Assembly (NCBI GenBank): GCA_965658285.1
Contig: CBFHRT010000001.1
Span: 1-46,814 of the forward strand
Direction of reading: 5' to 3'
DNA length: 46,814 bases
Source of the DNA: Candidatus Puniceispirillaceae bacterium
GTDB lineage: Bacteria; Pseudomonadota; Alphaproteobacteria; Puniceispirillales; Puniceispirillaceae
The translations under genes and the position numbers were made by a program. Of this stretch, positions 38,871 through 46,814 are shown piece by piece (the stretch's first letter is position 1; every line of letters starts with the position of its first letter). The notes below the pieces were generated by a model, which worked only from the letters and a program-made list of their open reading frames with translations, did not search any database and was not told where the DNA came from.

Positions 38871-40979
38871 ATGTTCAAAATTTTCCGCAAAGAGCTTGAC
38901 TGGAACGGCACCCCGCTTGTTTTGGAAACCGGCAAGGTTGCTCGTCAGGCCGATGGCGCGGTGATGGTCAGCCTTGGCGAGACCACAGTCCTTTGTACCG
39001 CCGTGGCTGCTCACAGCCCGCGGCCGGGACAGGATTTTTTCCCGCTGACGGTCAATTACCAGGAAAAGGCCTTTGCCGCGGGCAAGATCCCCGGTGGCTT
39101 CTTCAAGCGTGAGGGCCGGCCATCCGAGAATGAAACGCTGGTCAGTCGCCTGATCGACCGTCCGATCCGGCCGCTGTTCCCCTCCTCCTTCAAATGCGAG
39201 ACGCAGGTGATCTGTACCGTGCTGGCGCATGACATGGAGAACAACCCCGACATTGCCGCGATGGTTGGCGCCTCGGCGGCGCTGTGCCTGTCCGGTGTGC
39301 CGTTCTTTGGCCCGATCGCGGCGGCACGTGTCGGCTGGATTGATGACGCCTATGTCCTCAACCCGACCGTGGCGCAGATGGAGGACACCGACCTCGACCT
39401 CGTCGTTGCCGGCACGCATGAAGGCGTTCTGATGGTCGAGTCCGAGGCGCAGGAGCTGTCCGAGGAGATCATGCTCGGCGCGGTCAATTTCGGCCATGAC
39501 GCGATGAAGCCGGTTCTCGACGCCATTATCGAGCTTGCCGAGAATTGTGCCAAGGAGCCGCGCGCGCTTCCCGAGGAGCCTGCCGAGGCTGCCGAAATCC
39601 AGAAGGTCATTGACGGGTTCGACAAGAAATTCGCCGCTGCCTACCAGATTGCCGACAAGTCCGAACGCCAGGCCGCGCTTGGCGAGGTCCGGACCGCGAT
39701 CAAGGAAAAGCTTGGTGATGAGTATGAAGGTGTTCTCGTCGGCAGCCTGATCAAGGGCAAGGAAGCTGATGTTGTCCGTGGCTCGATCCTGAAGACCGGA
39801 TCGCGAATCGATGGCCGTGACACCAAGACGGTCCGGCAGATTGTCGCCGAGGCCGGCTTCCTGCCCCGCGCCCACGGCTCGGCGCTGTTCACGCGCGGTG
39901 AGACGCAGGCGATGGTTGTCGCCACGCTCGGCACCGGCCAGGACGAGCAGATCATCGACGCGCTTGTCGGTGAGAGTCGCTCCAACTTCATGCTGCATTA
40001 CAATTTCCCGCCCTACTCGGTCGGCGAGGCTGGCCGTGTCGGCTCGCCCGGTCGTCGCGAGATCGGCCATGGCAAGCTTGCCTGGCGGGCGCTTCGTCCG
40101 CTGCTGCCAAGCAAGGAGGATTTCCCCTATACGGTGCGGCTTGTCTCCGAGATCACCGAGTCGAACGGGTCATCCTCGATGGCCACTGTCTGCGGCGGTT
40201 CGCTGGCGCTGATGGATGCCGGCGTGCCGGTTGACCGCCCGGTGGCGGGCATCGCCATGGGCCTGATCAAGGAAGGTGACGATTACGCCGTGCTGTCGGA
40301 TATCCTTGGTGATGAGGATCATCTCGGCGATATGGACTTCAAGGTGGCCGGGTCCGAGGCTGGCATCACCTCGCTACAGATGGACATCAAGATCACCTCG
40401 ATCACGCCGGAAATCATGGAGATCGCGCTGGATCAGGCCAAGGATGGCCGCCTCCATATCCTCGACGAGATGGCGAAGGCTCTGACCACGGCCCGTGACG
40501 GCCTGGCGGACAGCGCCCCGAAGATCACCACGATGAGCATTCCGGTCGACAAGATTCGTGACATCATCGGCCCGGGTGGCAAGATCATCCGCGAGATCTG
40601 CGAGACCACCGGCGCCAAGGTCGATATCGATGATGACGGCACCGTCAAGGTGGCGGCTGTCACCGGTGCCTCCGGCGAGGCCGCTGTGGCCCGCATCCGG
40701 GACATCGTCGCCGAGCCCGAGCTTGGGGTGATCTATAACGGCACCGTCGTGAAGACCGTGGATTTTGGCGCCTTTGTCAATTTCCTCGGCGCCAAGGACG
40801 GTCTTGTCCATATCTCCGAGCTGCAGGATGGCCGGACCGAAAAGACGACCGATATCTGCAAGGAAGGCGATACGGTCAAGGTCAAGGTCATCGGTTTTGA
40901 TGATCGCGGCAAGGTCAAGCTGTCGATGAAGCGCGTCGATCAGGAGACTGGCGACGATCTCGAGGCCGCCGAGGCGTAA
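38871..40979 (+). CDS. pnp: Polyribonucleotide nucleotidyltransferase (PNPase)
   Basis: [51 protein letters not shown] and S1 domains. Confidence 0.98.
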   Translation: MFKIFRKELDWNGTPLVLETGKVARQADGAVMVSLGETTVLCTAVAAHSPRPGQDFFPLTVNYQEKAFAAGKIPGGFFKREGRPSENETLVSRLIDRPIRPLFPSSFKCETQVICTVLAHDMENNPDIAAMVGASAALCLSGVPFFGPIAAARVGWIDDAYVLNPTVAQMEDTDLDLVVAGTHEGVLMVESEAQELSEEIMLGAVNFGHDAMKPVLDAIIELAENCAKEPRALPEEPAEAAEIQKVIDGFDKKFAAAYQIADKSERQAALGEVRTAIKEKLGDEYEGVLVGSLIKGKEADVVRGSILKTGSRIDGRDTKTVRQIVAEAGFLPRAHGSALFTRGETQAMVVATLGTGQDEQIIDALVGESRSNFMLHYNFPPYSVGEAGRVGSPGRREIGHGKLAWRALRPLLPSKEDFPYTVRLVSEITESNGSSSMATVCGGSLALMDAGVPVDRPVAGIAMGLIKEGDDYAVLSDILGDEDHLGDMDFKVAGSEAGITSLQMDIKITSITPEIMEIALDQAKDGRLHILDEMAKALTTARDGLADSAPKITTMSIPVDKIRDIIGPGGKIIREICETTGAKVDIDDDGTVKVAAVTGASGEAAVARIRDIVAEPELGVIYNGTVVKTVDFGAFVNFLGAKDGLVHISELQDGRTEKTTDICKEGDTVKVKVIGFDDRGKVKLSMKRVDQETGDDLEAAEA

Positions 40980-41003
40980 ACCGTCCCGCACCGACGAACA
41001 TGC

Positions 41004-41033
41004 AAACGCGCGCCCTCACCGGCGCGCGTTTTT
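41004..41033. terminator. Terminator between convergent pnp and fabI (probably bidirectional)
   Basis: AAACGCGCGCC-CTCACC-GGCGCGCGTTTTT perfect 11-bp stem. Confidence 0.85.
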
Positions 41034-41058
41034 CATTCGCCGCGATACGGGTTGCGTG

Positions 41059-41850
41059 TCAGTCCTCGGCTTCCGGTGGTACGGCGACGGTATTGAAGCC
41101 GCCATCGACGAAATGCACCTCGCCGGTGACGCCCGATGACAGCTCGGACACCAGATACAGGCCGGACCGGCCGACCTCTGTAATATCGGGGTTACGGCGC
41201 AGCGGTGCGCTGTCCTCGGCGTGGCGGTAGATATGCCGCGCGCCGGTGATCGCCGCCCCGGCCAGTGTCTTCATCGGTCCCGCCGACAGTGCGTTGACGC
41301 GGATATTCTGCCCGCCAAGATCGACCGCCAGATAGCGCACCGAGCTTTCCAGCGCCGCCTTGGCAACGCCCATGACATTGTAGTTCGGTGAAATCCGCTG
41401 CGCGCCGATATAGCTGAGGGTCAGCAGCGCGCCGCCATCCGGCATCATGCCGCGCGCCGCCTGCGCCACCTCGGTAAAGGAGAAGGCAGACACCATCATC
41501 GTATCGATAAAATTCTGCCGGCTGGTGTTGAAATAGGCGCCCTTCAGCTCCGACTTGTCGGAAAAGGCCAGCGCATGGACAACGAAATCGATGCTGGACC
41601 AATGGCCGGCAAGCCAGTCAAAGGCACCGGCAACGCCGCCTTCCTCTGCCACGTCGCATTCGACCATCAGCTCCGATCCCACCGATTCGGCAAGCGGGCG
41701 GAGCCGCTTGCCGAACCCCTCCATCTGGTAGGTGAAGGCAAGCTCGGCCCCGGCGGCGGCGGCGGCGGCGGCGATACCCCAGGCGCTGGAGCGCTCATTG
41801 GCGACACCCATGATCAGCCCGCGTTTGCCGGCAAGAAGGCCCCCACCCAT
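41059..41850 (-). CDS. fabI: Enoyl-ACP reductase
   Basis: GKRGLIMGVAN.RS.AWGIA, YNVMGVAKAALE, SAGP.KTLA, VTGE.HFVD.G. Confidence 0.93.
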   Translation of the reverse strand: MGGGLLAGKRGLIMGVANERSSAWGIAAAAAAAGAELAFTYQMEGFGKRLRPLAESVGSELMVECDVAEEGGVAGAFDWLAGHWSSIDFVVHALAFSDKSELKGAYFNTSRQNFIDTMMVSAFSFTEVAQAARGMMPDGGALLTLSYIGAQRISPNYNVMGVAKAALESSVRYLAVDLGGQNIRVNALSAGPMKTLAGAAITGARHIYRHAEDSAPLRRNPDITEVGRSGLYLVSELSSGVTGEVHFVDGGFNTVAVPPEAED

Positions 41851-41851
41851 G

Positions 41852-43084
41852 TCAGACCTTCCGCAGCGCCAGCGTGGCGTTGGTGCCGCCGAACCCGAAG
41901 GAGTTCGACAGCGCCAGCCTGATATCGACATCATCGACCCGGCTGGTCGGCACCGGAATCTCGCCGATGGCCGGATCGGGGGTCTCGATATTTGCCGAGG
42001 CGGCGATGAAGCCTTCCTGCATCATGATCAGCGTATAGATGGCTTCCTGAACCCCGGTCGCGCCAAGCGAATGGCCGGTCAGCGACTTTGTCGAGGTGAC
42101 CGTCGGCAGATAGCCGCGCGGGCCAAACACCTCGCGCACCGCGTCCAGCTCCTTGACATCGCCAACCGGTGTCGAGGTGCCATGCGCGTTGATATAGTCG
42201 ACCGGCTCGGCAATCGGTGTGCCGTCGAACCCGGCCAGCGCCAGCTCCATGCAGCGCACCGCGCCCTCGCCCGATGGCGCGACCATGTCATGCCCGTCGG
42301 AATTCGCACCATAGCCGGCAATCTCGGCATAGATCTTCGCGCCGCGGGCCAGCGCATGCTCCATATCCTCGATGACGACCATGCCGCCACCACCGGCGAT
42401 GACAAACCCGTCACGATCAGCGTCATAGGCGCGCGAGGCGCGTTCCGGGGTGTCGTTATATTTCGACGACATGGCGCCCATCGCGTCGAACAGCACCGAC
42501 AGCGTCCAGTGAAGTTCCTCGCCGCCGCCGGCAAAGACGATGTCCTGGCTACCATTGCGAATGGCGTCGACGGCCGAGGACATGCAATGCGCCGAGGTCG
42601 AGCAGGCCGAGGTGATGGAGAAATTCAGCCCCTTGATCTTGAAGAAGGTGGCGATACAGGCCGACACGGTGGACGACATGCAGCGCGGCACCATATAGGG
42701 GCCGATACGCTTCGGGCCCTTTTCACGGGTGATGTCGAAGGCCTGCATCATATTCGCCGTCGAGGGCCCGCCGGAGCCGGCGATCAGCCCGGTGCGCGGG
42801 TTCGACACCTGATCCTCACCGAGGCCGGCATCGGCGATGGCCTGTTCCATGGCCAGCACGGCATAGGCGGCGCCATCCCCCATGAAACGAAGCTGCTTGC
42901 GGTCAATATGCTCGGCGATGTCCATCTTCACGGTGCCGTGGATCTGGCTGCGGAACCCAAGCTCGGCATAATCCGGCGCATGGACGATTCCCGAACGGCC
43001 CTCGCGAAGCGAATCCGTCACCTCGGCGACATTGTTGCCGATCGAGGATACGATACCGATACCGGTAATGGCGACGCGGCGCAT
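41852..43084 (-). CDS. fabB: 3-oxoacyl-ACP synthase I
   Basis: [37 protein letters not shown]; adjacent to fabA. Confidence 0.95.
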   Translation of the reverse strand: MRRVAITGIGIVSSIGNNVAEVTDSLREGRSGIVHAPDYAELGFRSQIHGTVKMDIAEHIDRKQLRFMGDGAAYAVLAMEQAIADAGLGEDQVSNPRTGLIAGSGGPSTANMMQAFDITREKGPKRIGPYMVPRCMSSTVSACIATFFKIKGLNFSITSACSTSAHCMSSAVDAIRNGSQDIVFAGGGEELHWTLSVLFDAMGAMSSKYNDTPERASRAYDADRDGFVIAGGGGMVVIEDMEHALARGAKIYAEIAGYGANSDGHDMVAPSGEGAVRCMELALAGFDGTPIAEPVDYINAHGTSTPVGDVKELDAVREVFGPRGYLPTVTSTKSLTGHSLGATGVQEAIYTLIMMQEGFIAASANIETPDPAIGEIPVPTSRVDDVDIRLALSNSFGFGGTNATLALRKV

Positions 43085-43086
43085 GA

Positions 43087-43605
43087 TCAGGCCTCCTCTG
43101 GCTTGAACAGGCCGACACGAATGTCATTGGCCTCGAAAACGGTCTCACCGTCACAGATGACGCGGCCATCGGCGATGCCCATGACGAGCCGCCGCATGAT
43201 CACCCGCTTCATGTCGATCTCATAGCGGACAAGCTTGTTGGTCGGCAGGATCTGGCCGGTGAATTTCACCTCGCCAACCGACAGCGCGCGCCCGCGCCCC
43301 TCGCCGCCGGCCCAGCCAAGGAAAAACCCGACAAGCTGCCATAGCGCATCCATGCCAAGACAGCCCGGCATCACCGGATCGCCGTCGAAATGGCAGGGGA
43401 AGAACCACAGATCGGGGTTCAGATCGAATTCGGAGACGATCTGCCCCTTTTCATGCGCCCCGCCACTGTCATTGATCTCGGTAATCCTGTCGCACATCAG
43501 CATTGGCGGCAAAGGCAGTTGCGGGTTGCCGGGTCCGAAAAGTTCGCCCTTCGCGCAGGCGATAAGATCGTCGTAACTAAAGGCATTCTGCTGCAGTGGC
43601 GGCAT
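43087..43605 (-). CDS. fabA: 3-hydroxyacyl-ACP dehydratase/isomerase
   Basis: [43 protein letters not shown]. Confidence 0.96.
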   Translation of the reverse strand: MPPLQQNAFSYDDLIACAKGELFGPGNPQLPLPPMLMCDRITEINDSGGAHEKGQIVSEFDLNPDLWFFPCHFDGDPVMPGCLGMDALWQLVGFFLGWAGGEGRGRALSVGEVKFTGQILPTNKLVRYEIDMKRVIMRRLVMGIADGRVICDGETVFEANDIRVGLFKPEEA

Positions 43606-43768
43606 GTGGTCTGTCCCCGGATGTGAAGTGAAACCAAAATCTGTGGGGCCATATGCCCGTGGGCATTCGGCAGGAAATTCGAGGCCGCCACTGGTCATTT
43701 CTCTTCCGTGACCATGCCGCCGACCGGTCCCCAAAAAAGCACGAAACCGCCCCCAAGGCCAAGGATTA

Positions 43769-43797
43769 TTGACAAGACATGACCAAGGAAGCATGTT
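43769..43797 (+). promoter_or_regulatory. Putative sigma70 promoter of irr
   Basis: Perfect TTGACA, N17, then CATGTT. Confidence 0.5.
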
Positions 43798-43804
43798 TCT
43801 GGAC

Positions 43805-44251
43805 ATGATGGTTGAAGTGATCGGGAAAGACAGTCACGGAAATGACGGGACGGCTCTGGCGCAGCGTCTTCGTGATGCCGGTCTGCGGCCGACGCGTCAG
43901 CGACTGCTGATTGCCGAGCTGTTGCTTGACGGCCGGCATCGCCATGTCTCGGCCGACAGTCTGGCCCGCGAGATTCGCGATACCGGCGCGCATATGGCGG
44001 GCGGCACCATCTATAACACGCTGAACCAGTTCACCGAAGCCGGGCTGCTGCGCCGCGTCACTGTCCATAATGAACATAGCGTGTTCGACACCAACACCGA
44101 ACATCACCATCATTTCTATGATGATGAACGCGACCAGCTGATCGATATCCCGGCCGGCGCGGTGACGCTTGCCTCGCTTCCCGGCGCGCCAGAGGGGCAT
44201 GATATCCGCTCGGTTGACGTGCTGATCCACATCTCGCCGCGGGACAGCTGA
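43805..44251 (+). CDS. irr: Fur-family iron response regulator Irr
   Basis: [39 protein letters not shown] His-rich heme-binding segment; divergent from fabA as usual for irr. Start could be 43793 or 43808. Confidence 0.88.
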   Translation: MMVEVIGKDSHGNDGTALAQRLRDAGLRPTRQRLLIAELLLDGRHRHVSADSLAREIRDTGAHMAGGTIYNTLNQFTEAGLLRRVTVHNEHSVFDTNTEHHHHFYDDERDQLIDIPAGAVTLASLPGAPEGHDIRSVDVLIHISPRDS

Positions 44252-44360
44252 CCGCCATCCGGCGCGTCGCGACCCCGGGTGAATATTGGTGGCAAGTTTC
44301 CGGGTAAAAATCCTGGGTGAATTTTCGGGAAGAAATCCTGGTGGCTGTGACAAAAATGGA

Positions 44361-46693
<2,333 letters not shown>

Positions 46694-46721
46694 CGTCTGA
46701 GATTGTCTGAATATTTTCAGG

Positions 46722-46753
46722 ACGGCGCCGCGGCATGATCGCGGCGCCGTTTT
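46722..46753 (+). terminator. Intrinsic terminator after katG
   Basis: ACGGCGCCGCG-GCATGAT-CGCGGCGCCGT perfect 11-bp stem followed by TTT(CTGTT). Confidence 0.8.
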
Positions 46754-46814
46754 CTGTTCCGAAGCTTCGATACGGGATTGAATACGCGTTGAATAAGGGG
46801 TTGAGGCTGGGATT

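Noticed and set aside
41752-41772. (GCC)7 poly-Ala in fabI, and (GCG)7 in murJ at 17447-17467, as possible phase-variable repeats
   Set aside because: Both are in-frame triplets within helices that appear to be normal length for these families, so they cannot frameshift.

Overview
GC-rich alphaproteobacterial chromosomal window made mostly of core genes. The lineage is inferred from gene order only; a marine Rhodospirillales/SAR116-like organism is plausible but unproven. Left end (1-5.7 kb, minus strand): a nucleoside uptake/catabolism cluster of ribokinase, nucleoside hydrolase, an IPNS-like 2OG-Fe(II) dioxygenase, a BMP-family binding protein, an ABC ATPase and a truncated permease. Next come nth, a lipoprotein with a 15-proline tract, a PfkB/adenosine kinase and maeB. 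The long conserved block is mutS-glnD-murJ-trpS-nfuA-[GH73 hydrolase >< CE4 deacetylase]-tsaB-rimI-miaB-phoH-ybeY-corC-lnt-metK-trmB-rimP-nusA-ylxR-infB-rbfA-truB-rpsO-pnp, followed by fabI-fabB-fabA <> irr and katG. I saw no tRNA, rRNA, CRISPR array or mobile element. The best leads are: (i) the uncharacterised dioxygenase inside the nucleoside operon, a candidate pathway for deoxy- or modified nucleosides; (ii) an Irr-box (ICE) abutting the katG promoter next to irr; (iii) a convergent secreted glycan hydrolase/deacetylase pair with a non-canonical metal motif; (iv) about 14 short (11-25 bp) tandem micro-duplications concentrated in spacers, gene ends and linkers. All calls come from motif recognition by eye, with no database searches.
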